Assembly (NCBI GenBank): GCA_038087875.1
Contig: CM075996.1
Span: forward strand, 9,240,001-9,304,000
From: Malacoraja senta
Taxonomy: Eukaryota
Length of the DNA stretch: 64,000 bases
Direction: 5' to 3'
Part shown: in pieces, positions 25,465 through 39,067 of the stretch
Layout: every line of letters starts with the position of its first letter
Position numbering within the stretch: the stretch's first letter is position 1
The notes under the pieces: model-generated
What the model saw: only the letters and a program-made list of their open reading frames with translations
Told to the model about the DNA's origin: nothing
Database searches by the model: none
Made by a program: the position numbers and the translations under genes

Positions 25465-26478
25465 GTAAGTTCCGGTATATACAAAGCTCTAATGGCATAG
25501 AGCCAGCACATTTGAACAATGTTACCACAATTGCAGGGTGTGGAATTAGAGCATTTGTGTCTTTGCTGTTTTTCTATCTTAATGGTGCAAATTATTTAAG
25601 CAAAAGTTTAATAAAGTAATAATTGAGGGAACTAAAGATTGACAAGAGTTTAACTATAGTAGACGGCAGATTATCTAGTGGTAATGGAAGTAATCAGCAA
25701 ACAAATTGTTAGGAGAATTGATCATCGTAGGCTATTTTGGGGAAAGATTGGTGTACCTTAAAGAACTATTTATGGAGTACAGATTTACTATAGTGGTTTC
25801 CAAATATCCAAAATACATATGTAATAGTTTGCCTTGTTCCAATTAGATTGGATCTTTTTACTCTGGTACATCTAGGATACATATATATAGAAAATAGGCG
25901 CAGGAGTAGGCCATTCGGCCCTTCGAGCCTGCACCGCCATTCAATATGATCATGGCTGATCATCCAACTCAGTATCCCGTACCTGCCTTCTCTCCATACC
26001 CCCTGATCCCTTTAGCCACAAGGGCCACATCTAACTCCCTCTTAAATATAGCCAATGAACTGGCCTCAACTACCCTCTGTGGCAGAGAGTTCCAGAGATT
26101 CACCACTCTCTGTGTGAAAACGTTTTTTCTCATCTCGGTCTTAAAGGATTTCCCCCTTATCCTTAAGCTGTGACCCCTTGTCCTGGACTTCCCCAACATC
26201 GGGAACAATCTTCCTGCATCTAGCCTGTCCAACCCCATAAGAATTTTGTACGTTTCTATAAGATCCCCTCTCAATCTCCTAAATTCTAGCGAGTATAAGC
26301 CAAGTCTATCCAGTCTTTCTTCATATGAAAGTCCTGACATCCCAGGAATCAGTCTGGTGAACCTTCTCTGCACTCCCTCTATGGCGATAATGTCCTTCCT
26401 CAGATTTGGAGACCAAAACTGTATGCAATACTCCAGGTGTGGTCTCACCAAGACCCTGTACAACTGCAGTAGAACCTC

Positions 26479-28081
26479 GTGTTAAAGAAGGAACTGCAGA
26501 TGCTGGAAAATCGAAGGTACACAAAAATGCTGGAGAAACTCAGCGGGTGCAGCAGCATCTATGGAGCGAAGGAAATAGGTAACGTTTCGGGCCGAAACCC
26601 TTCTTCAGACTGATAGGGGGTGGGGAGAAGAAAGGAAAAAAGGAAAAGGAGGAGGAGGAGCCCGAGGGTTGGGGGAGGGGAGGAGACAACCAGATGGCTG
26701 ATGAAGGGGAGGGGACAGCCAGGGCTAGCAGAATTGGGAGAATTCAACGTTCAGGCCACCAGGGTGTAGACTGCCCAAGCGGAATATGAGGTGCATTTCC
26801 TCCAATTTACGGTGTTGCTCGCTGTGGCCATGGAGGAGACCCAGGACAGAGAGGTCAGATACGGAATGGGAGGGGGAGTTGAAGTGCTGAGCCACCGGGA
26901 GTTCAGGTTGGTTATTGCGGACCGACCGGAGGTGTTCGGCGAAACGATCGCCAAGCCTCCGCTTGGTCTCACCGATGTAGATCAGCTGGCATCTAGAGCA
27001 GCGAATGCAATAGATGAGGTTGGAGGAGATGCAGGTGAACCTCTGTCGCACCTGGAACGACTGCTTGGGTCCTGGAATGGAGTGGAGGGGGGAAGTGAAG
27101 GGACAAGTGTTGCATCTCTTGCGGTTGCAAGGGAAAGTACCAGGGGAGGGGGTGGTATGGGAGGGAAGGGAAGAATTGACAAGGGAGTTACGGAGGGAGC
27201 GGTCTTTGCGGAAAGCAGACATAGGGGGAGATGGGAAGATGTGGCGAGTGGTGGGGTCACGTTGGAGGTGGCGAAACTGACGGAGGATCACTTGTTGATA
27301 CAACAAGTGATCCTCCGTCAGTTTCGCCACCTCCAACGTGACCCCACCACTCGCCACATCTTCCCATCTCCCCCTATGTCTGCCTTCCGCAAAGACCGCT
27401 CCCTCCGTAACTCCCTTGTCAATTCTTCCCTTCCCTCCCATACCACCCCCTCCCCTGGTACTTTCCCTTGCAACCGCAAGAGATGCAACACTTGTCCCTT
27501 CACTTCCCCCCTCCACTCCATTCCAGGACCCAAGCAGTCGTTCCAGGTGCGACAGAGGTTCACCTGCATCTCCTCCAACCTCATCTATTGCATTCGCTGC
27601 TCTAGATGCCAGCTGATCTACATCGGTGAGACCAAGCGGAGGCTTGGCGATCGTTTCGCCGAACACCTCCGGTCGGTCCGCAATAACCAACCTGAACTCC
27701 CGGTGGCTCAGCACTTCAACTCCCCCTCCCATTCCGTATCTGACCTCTCTGTCCTGGGTCTCCTCCATGGCCACAGCGAGCAACACCGTAAATTGGAGGA
27801 AATGCACCTCATATTCCGCTTGGGCAGTCTACACCCTGGTGGCCTGAACGTTGAATTCTCCCAATTCTGCTAGCCCTGGCTGTCCCCTCCCCTTCATCAG
27901 CCATCTGGTTGTCTCCTCCCCTCCCCCAACCCTCGGGCTCCTCCTCCTCCTTTTCCTTTTTTCCTTTCTTCTCCCCACCCCCTATCAGTCTGAAGAAGGG
28001 TTTCGGCCCGAAACGTTACCTATTTCCTTCGCTCCATAGATGCTGCTGCACCCGCTGAGTTTCTCCAGCATTTTTGTGTAC
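26479..28081. mobile_element. Penelope-like element inserted as an inverted dimer of its 3' end (GIY-YIG plus terminal repeat)
   Basis: Arms 26515-27297 and 27301-28083 are reverse complements; NLIYCIRC...IYIGET...RFAEH...GLN GIY-YIG; TSD CTGCAGTAGAACCTC at 26464-26478 and 28082-28096. Confidence 0.93.
27990..28018 (+). ncRNA. Minimal hammerhead-ribozyme-like motif of the PLE terminal repeat (mirror copy at 26580-26608, minus strand)
   Basis: CTGAAGA-A-GGGT-TTCG-GCCC-GAAA-CG-TT: CUGANGA box, stem II hairpin, GAAA, palindromic ACGT in place of stem III; stem I is weak. Confidence 0.6.
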
Positions 28082-29875
28082 CTGCAGTAGAACCTCCCTG
28101 CTCCTATACTCAAATCCTTTTGCTATGAAAGCTAACATACCATTCACTTTCTTCACTGCCTGCTGCACCTGCATGCCTACTTTCAATGACTGGTGTACCA
28201 TGACACCCAGGTCTCGCTGCATCTCCCCTTTTCCTAATCGGCCACCATTTAGATAATAGTCTGCTTTCCTGTTTTTGCCACCAAAGTGGATAACCTCACA
28301 TTTATCCACATTATACTGCATCTGCCAAACATTTGCCCACTCACCCAGCCTATCCAAGTCACCTTGCAGTCTCCTAGCATCCTCCTCACAGCTAACACTG
28401 CCCCCCAGCTTAGTGTCATCCGCAAACTTGGAGATGTTGCCTTCAATTCCCTCATCCAGATCATTAATATAAATTGTAAATAACTGGGGTCCCAGCACTG
28501 AGCCTTGCGGTACCCCACTAGTCACTGCCTGCCATTGTGAAAAGGACCCGTTTACTCCTACTCTTTGCTTCCTGTTTGTCAGCCAGTTCTCTATCCACAT
28601 CAATACTGAACCCCCAATACCGTGTGCTTTAAGTTTATATACTAATCTCTTATGTGGGACCTTGTCGAAAGCCTTCTGAAAGTCCAGGTACAACACATCC
28701 ACTGGTTCTCCCCTATCCACTCTACTAGTTACATCCTCGAAAAATTATATAAGATTCGTCAGACATGATTTACCTTTCGTAAATCCATGCTGACTTTGTC
28801 CAATGATTTCACCACTTTCCAAATGTGCTGCTATCCCATCTTTAATAACTGACTCTAGCAGTTTCCCCACTACCGATGTTAGACTAACTGGTCTGTAATT
28901 CCCCGTTTTCTCTCTCCCTCCCTTCTTAAAAAGTGGGGTTACGTTTGCTACCCTCCAATCCTCAGGAACTACTCCAGAATCTAAAGAGTTTTGAAAAATT
29001 ATCCACTATTTCTGGAGCTACTTCCTTAAGTACTCTGGGATGCAGCCTATCTGGCCCTGGTGATTTATCGGCCTTTAATCCATTCAATTTACCCACATCC
29101 ACTTCCCGACTAACCTGGATTTCACTCAGTTCCTCCATCTCCTTTGACCCACGGTCCCCTGCTATTTCCGGCAGATTATTTATGTCTTCCTTAGTGAAGA
29201 CGGAACCAAAGTAGTTATTCAATTGGTCCGCCATATCCTTGTTCCCCATGATCAATTCACCTGTTTCTGACTGCAAGGGACCTACATTTGTTTTAACTAA
29301 TCTCTTTCTCTTCACATATCTATAAAAACTTTTGCAGTCAGTTTTTATGTTCCCTGCCAGTTTCCTTTCATAATCTATTTTCCCTTTCCTAATTAAGCCC
29401 TTTGTCCTCCTCTGCTGGTCTCTGAATTTCTCCCAGTCCTCTGGTATGCTGCTTTTTCTGGCTAATTTGTACGCATCATCTTTTGCTTTGATACTATCCC
29501 TGATTTCCCTTGTTATCCACAGATGCACTACCTTCCCTGATTTATTCTTTTGCCAAACTGGGATGAACAATTTTTGTAGTTCATCCATGCAGTCTTTAAA
29601 TGCCTTCCATTGCATATCCACCGTCAACCCTTTTAGAACTAATTGCCAGTCAATCTTGGCCAATTCACGTCTCATACCCTCAAAGTTACCTTTCTTTAAG
29701 TTCAGAACCGTTGTTTCTGAATTAACAATGTCACTCTCCATCCTAATGAAGAACTCAACCATATTATGGTCACTCTTGCCCAAGGGGGCACGCACAACAA
29801 GACTGCTAACTAACCCTTCCTCATTACTCAATACCCAGTCTAGAATAGCCTGCTCTCTCGTTGGTTCCTCTACAT

Positions 29876-32109
29876 CAGTGGTTCTCAACCTTGTTTGCCC
29901 CATGCACCCCTTTCACCATATGTCAGAATGTCATTCCCCCCCTCCTTTCCAAGATTGTCTGCCTCAAAAAGTGCATTCCAAATAATATGCATATAATACT
30001 GAAAATCCTTTATTTTTTCCATATTAGTACATATACATTTACAATTTTACATGGATTATTTTTATAGTGGAGTTTTACAAATTAAATGCCAATTGAAAAT
30101 GTTGATGGATTTATAAAACTTGAATAAAAGTAAAATAGTTTTTTTAATATTTATAATGAATTACTTAACAGACCAAACTGAAGCATAATGCAATAAACAA
30201 AAAGTTCAATAGAATACCAGGATATTGTAAATTTGTAATTAATTTTATTCAGATGAAGATTACAGTCAATGAGAAACCTGTGATTGTTTTTTCTTCGCCA
30301 ATTCTGGGATACGCAGAGGAGTGCTTGAAAGGGCACAACGCAGGTCATTTTCTACCTCTAATCTACTACGTTGCTTCGTTTTAATTTGCAACAGAGTTGA
30401 AAAGCCTGACTCACAAAGATATGTCGACATAAACGGAAGCAATGCACGGATAGCTCTTTCTGCCACTTTTGGGTAGGAATCGCACATCAAGGGCCAAAAT
30501 TCTGTGATTGATTTCTCATCGAACATATCTCTTGCTCCCGAATCAGTTTTCAGCTCCAGAAATTCATCTTGACAATCATCAGGAACTTTTTCAACTGACA
30601 ATTTGAATGGATTTCGCACTAAATCCAACTCATCATCACTGAGTTCAGGAAAATATCGGCTGAATTCATTTTCCAGTGTTGTCAAATGCTGCAAAATTTC
30701 ATTTTTTGCAAATTGTGGAAGCACCTTGTCTTCACCACCAACAACTAGAACGGATGACATTTTCTCAAACATAGCAACATTTTTTATATTGACCTTTCTC
30801 TTCCAATTTTCCAGCTTGCTCATGAAAGCTTTCAAGGCATCCATGAATTTTATGATGTTTGTATTCCTTCCTTGCATCTGAAGATTCAGTTTATTCAGCT
30901 GCTCAAAAATATCAACCAAATAGGCAAGGCGCATGATCCATTCCTCATCATCCAGCCAGGCAAAAAATTCCATCTTACCCTAAACTTCAAAAAATAATTT
31001 GAGCTCATCTCTAAGCTCAAATATTCGCTCAGTTACATTTCCTCTTGACAGCCATCGAACATTTGTGTGAAAAGGAAGCAAATGATGGGCTGCATCCATG
31101 TCGGTACATAACTGCTTGAAAAGTCATGTTGAGAGCTCCTCCTTTGACAAGTGTTTTTGAGGCCAGTGCCTGACGATGGATCATACAATGAATGCCTTTC
31201 ACTTTTGGAGCTCGCTTTTTCACACAAACTTGAAATCCTGATTTTGTCCTTTAACATAGCTGGTGCTCCATCTGTACAGCACCCACAGATATTATCCCAC
31301 AAAAGATTTTCTGATTCAAAGAAAGATGAAACCTTTTCCAAAGTATCCGAGCCTTGGTAGTTGTTTCAAGAGGAGAACAAAAGAGAAACTCCTCTTTAAA
31401 TGAACCTGTGAACATACCTTGCTAACACCATCAACTGGGAACACGATGCCACATCAGTCGATTCATCAAGTTGAATTGAAAATAAGCCAAATGCTGAAGA
31501 CTTGATCTCCTGCACAACTTGATCCTTGATGTCAATGGCCATATCGCTGATCCTCCTTTGAACAGTACTGTTTGATAGTGGAACCGCTGCAAGTTTTTTC
31601 TCCAATCCATTTCCCAACACAATTTCCACCATTTTGAGAGAGCAAGGTTTGATCAAATTTTCCCCAATTGTATGTGTTTTTTTCTGCTTTGCTATCTCCA
31701 GTGCTACGACATAAGAAGCTTCAGTAACCTTTTGGTTTGTTTCTGGTGGGGGTACTCATGACAGGAGGCTAGGTCTAGGACTCTAAGCAAAGCGTAAGCT
31801 TTCGTAAGGGTACTTGCAGACGGACCACTCGGTGGCGCCTATGTCTTTCCTTTGTGGCAGCCCTGTCTATGGGTAATCTATTTTGATCCTTACGGTTCAG
31901 GAGCTTGTGGTGAATGGTTTGATAGGCTGCTTGCAGCAGGTAACCGATGCATACTGAATTTTGTGCCGCCCTGGGGAGCTCAAAGGCAATAAAAAGATCA
32001 ACATTCTAACAGTTTGAGTTTGCTAATCTGTGGTCCCAATTCCCCCACCCCCCCCTGAAAACCTGAAATCCCCCCCTGGGGGGAATTCCCCCCTGGTTGA
32101 GAACCCCTG
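29876..32109 (-). mobile_element. Buster/Charlie-type hAT DNA transposon with decayed transposase
   Basis: TIRs CAG(T/G)GGTTCTCAACC; 8-bp TSD CTCTACAT (29868-29875 and 32110-32117) with central TA; frameshifted ORFs with SIQLDESTD, CTDGAPAM, HCMIHRQAL and STYLCESGFS. Confidence 0.95.
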
Positions 32110-32463
32110 CTCTACATGTTGGTTTAGATAACTATCCCGCATACATTCCAAGAAATCCTCTTCCTCAGCACCCCTGCCAATTTGATTCACCCAATCTATA
32201 TGTAGATTGAAGTCACCCATTATAACTGTTTTGCTTTTGTTGCACGCATTTCTAATTTCCTGTTTGATGCCATCCCCAACTTCACTACTACTGCTAGGTG
32301 GCCTGTACACAACACCCATCAGCATTTTCTACGAGTATTTTCATCTGCATGTATTATTCCACCACAGGATGAGGAGTGGTGGAATAATACATGCAGATGA
32401 AAATCCTCCATTGTATCAATTGATTTATCCCCAATAAGTAATTTGAGTTTTCTTTCGCTGTAG

Positions 32464-32536
32464 TGACTGCTCAGCTTCCTGGACCCAGTGGATACTCTGG
32501 AGGAAAGGTGATTTTCATTGATACAGAGAATACCTT
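32464..32536 (+). CDS. DMC1: DMC1 coding exon (exon 8 equivalent): (V)TAQLPGPSGYSGGKVIFIDTENT(F)
   Basis: tgtag| and |gtatccttt, 73 bp, phase 1/2. Confidence 0.96.
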
Positions 32537-33808
32537 GTATCCTTTACTAGCTTTGACCATTCCATGGTTGCTTCCATTGTTGTCGCAGATTCTGTTTACA
32601 TATTATAAGTAATTTTCTGTTTCTTTCTTTGAGGCCTGACCATGAAGTGTAATTAAACAGGTGCCTGATTCTGGACATGAACTTGGTGGGCTAAAGGGCC
32701 TGTTTCCATGCTATATGACTCTCTACTACAGTCTAAAGAAGGGTCCCGACCCAAACGTCACCTATCCATGTTCTCCAGAGATGCTGTCTTAACCGCTGAG
32801 TTACTTTGTGTCCTCATGAAGTGCCAAGGCTGTTTTCTGGGAAAACAAGGACAATTACAATGTAATGGCTGAAATTTCAGTTAGCTTCTGCAAATTGCCA
32901 TCATTGCTTATTTCACAGAGAAACTTAACTAAAAATGTCTCCTTCAATTTGACTTGGACTGTATACATTCACTTAATTTTAAAGTTATACATCTTGGTCA
33001 CTTGGTAGGTTGTGTTGGGACATTTGTGTGTGTTTCAGCCTTTGAAAGATTCTAAAGGATTTGATGAAAGATAGTTGCTGATTAATTGTAAGATATTGAT
33101 GGGTTTCACAAATCTGTCTTATCTTCGATTTTGTCACCATTACTTGTTCTTCCTTGTTGATGATCTCTGCTTTATCCACTGACTTAGTCCCTTTGCACTT
33201 GGGAGGTCTGGAGTCCTGAACCAAAGTGATTAATTCTTAACTACACCTTGAAATGGGTAGGCTAACTATCGTTGCATCCAGCTCAATAATACGAATAAAG
33301 CTGACAAGCAAACCAAACTTAATCTAGGAAAACGCAGCCCAGAAAACTCTGCAAATTCCTCTTCACTGAGAAATTATTCCATAATTGGAGGGCAATCGGT
33401 TAAGGAACATTCTGATCGAGCCACAGATTTGTAAGTCAGATTTACAGAATTACATTAGCTTGGTTTAGAGATACAGTGCGGAAACAGGCCCTTCGCCCCA
33501 CCAAGTCCACGCCGACAAGTGATCCCTGCACACTTACACTATCCTCCACATTCTAGGGACAATTTACTATTATACCAAGCTAATTAGCCTACGTACATGT
33601 ACGTCTTTGGAGTATATCTTTGCGTCAATGTCCCAAACTCGTCGACTTTCTACTTACAGGGTTGACTTGCAGTGTTTTTCACTGTAGAGGAAATGTCTAT
33701 TGGTTAAGCTCAGTAATGAATTAAAGTTTCATGATAAACAAAGGATGGCAACCTCCTGATTGCCTTGTGTCATTGTCTTATTCTACATTGACTACTGTGA
33801 ATTGGGCA

Positions 33809-36800
33809 ATTTTACTTTGGAGTCACGTGAGTGACTACGTGAAGAACCCGCCAGCCCGCATGTGCGTCATTACGTCTAACGCATGGCGCCGCGACTGGCT
33901 GGTAGGCGCGTCGCTCCTCCAGCGGTAAGTTTAAAGACCTCCAGGTAAGTTCTCGAACTTAGCTTACGGTCGTTTTTCTTCGTTCTTATTACAGGTTAAG
34001 AACGAACAACTATGGACAAGACGAGGGTGAAGTCCAGACGGGCCGCGGGGAGAACCACTACGGATGACCGCGGCAGTGCGGTTAGCGGGCGGCCATCGGT
34101 TTCACCATCACGGTCACTGGCAGCACAGCCAGTGACTTCGGACGCGGTGCCCGTAGAAAGCACCTTGGCTACCCCGAGAGTTGGCAAGGCCAAAATTAAT
34201 CCGACAGACCGGTTGACTCGGACGAGTCCGGTCGGGAGGGTTCGCCTCCTCCAGCAGGGAACGTCTTCGGACGTCTTTCCCGTATGGAGCATCTCATGGA
34301 GGAGATGCTCCAACATGATATACTCCATGGACGGGAGTCATATCAGCGCGGGTCTCCAGGGCCCGCGGCAGCGCCTGGTGCAGGGCTGCATTATATCTCC
34401 CTATCTAAGGAAGGGAGCGTAGGTCATCAGTCCTGGATTGGCTCACACTACAGTGGTATGTCGGGGGAACGCTCCACGACACAAGATCTGCGTGAAGCAG
34501 AGATACCCACTATGGTGTCGAAATTTGCATTGCCGTTGCAAATCGGCGAGCCACTGGACGAAGAACTAGCGGCCAGCATCAATTACCTGACTTCTCACCA
34601 GCTACAGGAAGAGGTAATGATGGAGACGGCCATGAAATAGCGAGCAATTGCGCCTCGCTAAGAGTTCCGGCCATAAATAGCTCCATTTGGAGTTACATGG
34701 GTGGAGGCATAAAGATTCAGGAGGTTAAACTCCAAAGGATCCTGAGCCTGCTGGCATCTGGGGTCACGGCCTTCGCCATGTCAATGGACGGAAGCTCCCT
34801 GTCAGAAGTTCAATGGGACGCATTGGCACTGATGTGCAATGCACATTTTCAGATAAATTGCTTTCGCAAGAATGCCATTCGTCCTGTCCTCAATCCCAAG
34901 TTTGTGGGTTTATGCAGGTCGAGCAATGTGCAGCCGCCCAATTATTTATTTGGGGAAGACCTGTCCAAACAAGTCAAGGACCTGGACGATGAATCAAAGG
35001 CTGTGGGGCTTCTCAGAGCTCCACCAGCGAACAGACCTTCGTCGTTCCAACGGCAGCACCCTTATGCCTCTACCAGCAAGAGACGGTCTACAGGAGCCAG
35101 TACCAGCTCAAGGACCGAAAGAACCAGCCAAAGGTCTTTGTTAGGACAAGGCTCAGGCCGGCCGACATCGAAAAGATGCATACTATTCGGTGCCTATTCA
35201 TAAGGATCACCAAAAATACTTAAAATTCAACTGGATGGGGCAGCTTTGGCAGTATAAAGCTTTGCCTAATGGGTTAACCAGCTCCCAGATTATTCACCAA
35301 ATTATTAAAACCAGTTCTTGCGCTTTTATGAGCTCAAAAACACATAGTAATGGCATACTTGGATGATATCCTTATTATAGGCAAGACTGGAATTCGCTTG
35401 TTCAGCAGTCTCAGCCACCAAGCTCTTATTTGAGCGATTGAAATTTCTCATCCATCCAGTTAAATCCAAGTTGACACCATCCCAAGTTATGGATTATTTG
35501 GGATTCACTATTAACTCTGTTCATATGTCTGTAACTCTGCCTTGGAGCAAGAGATTGAAATAGAGGCCTGCAATTACCTCATAACAAAGCAGCAGCCTTC
35601 CATCCGACAAGTGGCCAGTTTAATTGGCAAAATGTGGACCTTTGTATTATCAACAATTACAACGAGCAAAGGTGCAGGCACTCAAACATCATTTAGGTCA
35701 CTTTGACAGGCCTATGCAATTGCCGGCTGAAGCCATTGCCGAATTACAATGGTGGAAGTCCAATATTCAGCATTGCTCTAGCAATATTTTGGTTGATAGT
35801 CCGTCAGTTATTTTACAAGGATGCCAGTGCTCTGGGATGGGGCGCTACTGACACCATCTCTAGCTGCGGTGGCAGATGGAACATGCATGAGCTATCATTA
35901 TTTCAGTTACATGGTGTTAATTATTTGGAGTTACTGGCAGCTCCCTATGGATTGAGGGCTTATTGCGGATATATGCACAATCTGCATGTTCAATTACAGA
36001 TTGATAACACCACAGCGGTGGCATACATAAATCACATGGGTGGAATCAAGTCAGTATCCCGTGATAAATTGGCTAACCGCATTTGGCACTGGTGCATTGC
36101 AAGAAATATTTGGGTTTCAGCTACCTACCTGCCAGGTAGGTTTAATACGGTGGCGGACACCAGGTCACGCAAATTCAATGACAACACAGAATGGATGTTG
36201 AATCATAGAGTGTTTAAGATATTATTTCTAGGTATGGAACACCGGATATAGATTTGTTTGCATCCAGGCTAAATCATCAGTTACCGAAGTATGTTGCATG
36301 GGAACCAGACCCAGGGGCAGTAGCGGTAGATGCTTTCTCGCTACTTTGGGGAGGAATGTTTTTCTATGCATTTCCCCAATTCTGCCTTGTCAGTCGTTGC
36401 CTGCTTAAAATTAAGCAAGACTCTGCCTCAGGTATTCTAATGGTCCCTGACTGGCCTATTCAGCCATGGTATCCACTCATTTTGGGTATGGTCATAGAAC
36501 CCTTCATGGCGGTTCCCAAATGCAGGAATCTGCTAATTCACCCCATCACTGGGGAAGAACATCCTCTACATGATCGGCTAAACTTATTGGTGTGCAGGTT
36601 CTAAGAAGACCTTTCCTCGGGCTTGGACTGTCTGAACGTTCGGTGGATGTGCTGACTGCGGCCTGGAAAGACAGCACTAAAAAACAATACATCTCCTACA
36701 TAAAGAAATGGAAGATTTTCTGCTTGCAAGCTAATATTTCGTATGACACAGCGCACATAACCAATATTTTGGAATTCCTCGCAAAGCTTTATTTTGATGA

Positions 36801-38074
36801 GAGACTGAGCTATAGTGCTCTAAATTGTGCCAGAAGTGCGCTGTAGTCATACTTGTTACCGAGCTCGGGACACCACTCTGTTGGGTCTCATCCATTAATA
36901 ACCAGATTCATGAGGGGCATCTTCAACTTGAACCCTCCCAGGCCCAGATCCACAGAAATTTGGGATGTAGGGATGGTACTAACTCTGCTTCGCCAATGGG
37001 CTCCAGCAACATCCCTGTCCCTACTCCGGCTCACGTACAAGGTCGTGATGCTTATGGCACTAGTGTCAGCTCAACGAGTCCAGTTGTTGCAGAAGCTACG
37101 TCTTGATAGGATGGCCACTTCTGCCAGTGGTATAACCTTTTTTGTGTATGATCCAATCAAACAGAGTAGACCAGGTACTTCCGGCCTTAAGCTACTGTTC
37201 ATGGCATATCCCTTGGACCCCCGGTTATGTGTGGTCTCACACCTCCAGCAGTATATTAAGATCACTGAGCGACTTAGGGGGTCAGAATTAGCGTTATTTG
37301 TTAGTTACAAGAAACCACATTAAAAGGTTTCAGCTCAGACCATCTCCAGGTGGTTGAAACAGGTTCTGGCTGATGCTGGTGTACACACTGAAATATTTAA
37401 ATCTCATTCCACCAGGGCTGCAGCTACGTCCGCAGCAAGGGTCTTGGACGTCCCGCTGGACCATATTCTAGCAGCCGCAGGATGGTCCTCAGAACGCACG
37501 TTCCAGACGTACTATAGCAAGCCCTTAGCCAGACCAAGTGTGTTTGCAAACTCCATTTTAAGTTCCATTTCCTAGTGTTCTCTCGGGTGAGAGAGGTTAC
37601 TATTATTATTTGTCCATTAAACCTCAGCATGTTTAAATTTATGTCATGTCTGAATGCTTTATTTCCACTCCTCCTTGGTCAACTATGCAGTGGTGACGCA
37701 TGGACTCGTTCCACGGCATGAAGTCACAGAGCTTTAAAATCTTCGCGTAGTCACTCACGTGACTCCGAAGTAAAATAGTAAGATTAAACGAGAACTTACC
37801 AGTTTGAAGTTTGATCTTTATTTTATGAGGAGTTACGATGAGGGATTACGTGCCCTCCGCTCCCAACCCTCCTCATAAAAGTTCAGCTGGTAGTTCTAGT
37901 CTCTCGAATCTTACTATCTTCAGTTCATCAACTGTTGTCTGTGATTTCACACCGTTGCTTTGAAGGTTGACGCGCATGCAGGTTGGCGGGTTCTTCACGT
38001 AATCCCTCATCGTAACTCCTCATAAAATAAAGATCAAACCTCAAACTGGTAAGTTCTCGTTTAATCTTACTATT
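33809..38074 (+). mobile_element. DIRS1-like tyrosine-recombinase retrotransposon, copy A (decayed; RT N-terminus deleted)
   Basis: gag-like, RT (YLDD), RNase H (DAS...DNTTAV), Dam-like MT (DLFA...F.YAFP) and YR (SHSTRAAATS...AGW) remnants; inverted terminal repeats; internal complementary region (ICR) about 37741-37852. Confidence 0.93.
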
Positions 38075-38389
38075 AGAAATACATTCTTCTTCAGAATTGT
38101 ATCTGTGGAAAACATATGCTAATTTTTGTATTATATCTGTTTAATTCTACACATACCTTAAATAATCAGTCTGAAATATCCAGCATGAAGCTGGTATGCT
38201 GAAATGCATCCATGTACTTCGGAGATGCAGCCTGACCTGCTGGGTTACGACAGCACTTTGTGTTCTACGACTGATTTCAGCAACTGCAGTTCCTTGTCTC
38301 CGAGATGAAATGTAACATTCTTTGTATGGTTTTTATTTTGCATAGTATCAGTATTTAAGACAATATATTAAAATTATTTAAAAGAAAGA

Positions 38390-38990
38390 TGTGTAGGAAG
38401 GAATTACAGATGCTGGTTTAAACCGAAGACAGGCACAAAATGCTGGAGCAACTCAGCGGGACAGGCAGCATCTCTGGAGAGAAGGAATGGGTGACGTTTT
38501 GGGTCGAGACCCTTCTTCAGACTTGAGTCAGGGGAAAGGGAAACAAGAGATATAGATGGTGATGTAGAGATATGTAGAACAAATGAATGAAAGATATGCA
38601 AAAAGGAAACCATGATAAAGGAAATGGCCATTGTTAGCTGTTTGTTAGGTGAGAACGAGAAGCTGGTGCGACTTGGGTGGGGGAGGGATGGAGGGAGAGG
38701 AAATGCAGGGGTTACTTGAAGTTAGAGAAATCTTCAAATCTTACCACTGGGTTGTAAGTTGCCCAAGCGAAATATGAGATGGTGTCCTCCAATTTGTGTA
38801 TAGCCTCATTCTGACATTGGAGGAGGCCCAGCACAGAAAAGCCAGTGTGGGAATGGGAAGGGGAATTATAGTGTTTGGCAACCCGGAGATCAGGTCGGTC
38901 CAGGCGGACTGAGCGAAACGAGCGCCCAGTCTACGTTTGGTCTCGCCGATGTATAAAAATCCACATCTTGGACAACGGATACAGTAGATC
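38390..38990 (-). mobile_element. Penelope-like element 3' fragment
   Basis: Homologous to 6012-6500 and 26479-27020; carries the tail and the hammerhead-like motif. Confidence 0.82.
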
Positions 38991-39067
38991 CTGATACAAT
39001 CTAGATTGTATCGTGCTATTCTGTTAAGATCCAGTTACATAGGCCTAAAATCCTTATCTTGATGTAG

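Larger units (their letters stand above)
25885..32325 (-). mobile_element. CR1-type LINE ORF2 interrupted by a PLE palindrome and a hAT transposon
   Basis: Collinear ORF pieces 32023..32325 (APE), 28962..29903, 28016..28720 (RT, FADD) and 25969..26463; both breaks are flanked by TSDs. Confidence 0.92.
32537..39067 (+). other. DMC1: U12-type (minor spliceosome) GT-AG intron of DMC1
   Basis: 5' end GTATCCTTT matches the U12 donor consensus; TCCTTATC branch-like motif at 39051-39058 just before TAG; no polypyrimidine tract. Confidence 0.85.

Noticed and set aside
26725..27873. Two mirror-image 360-aa ORFs on opposite strands
   Set aside because: By-product of the palindrome: a GTG-started antisense stretch reads through the centre into a truncated GIY-YIG domain; no sign of a real gene.
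30266..31656. ZBED8/SCAND3/ZMYM6-like host gene
   Set aside because: Frameshifted, bounded by TIRs and an 8-bp TSD, and inserted in a LINE: a dead transposon, not a domesticated gene.
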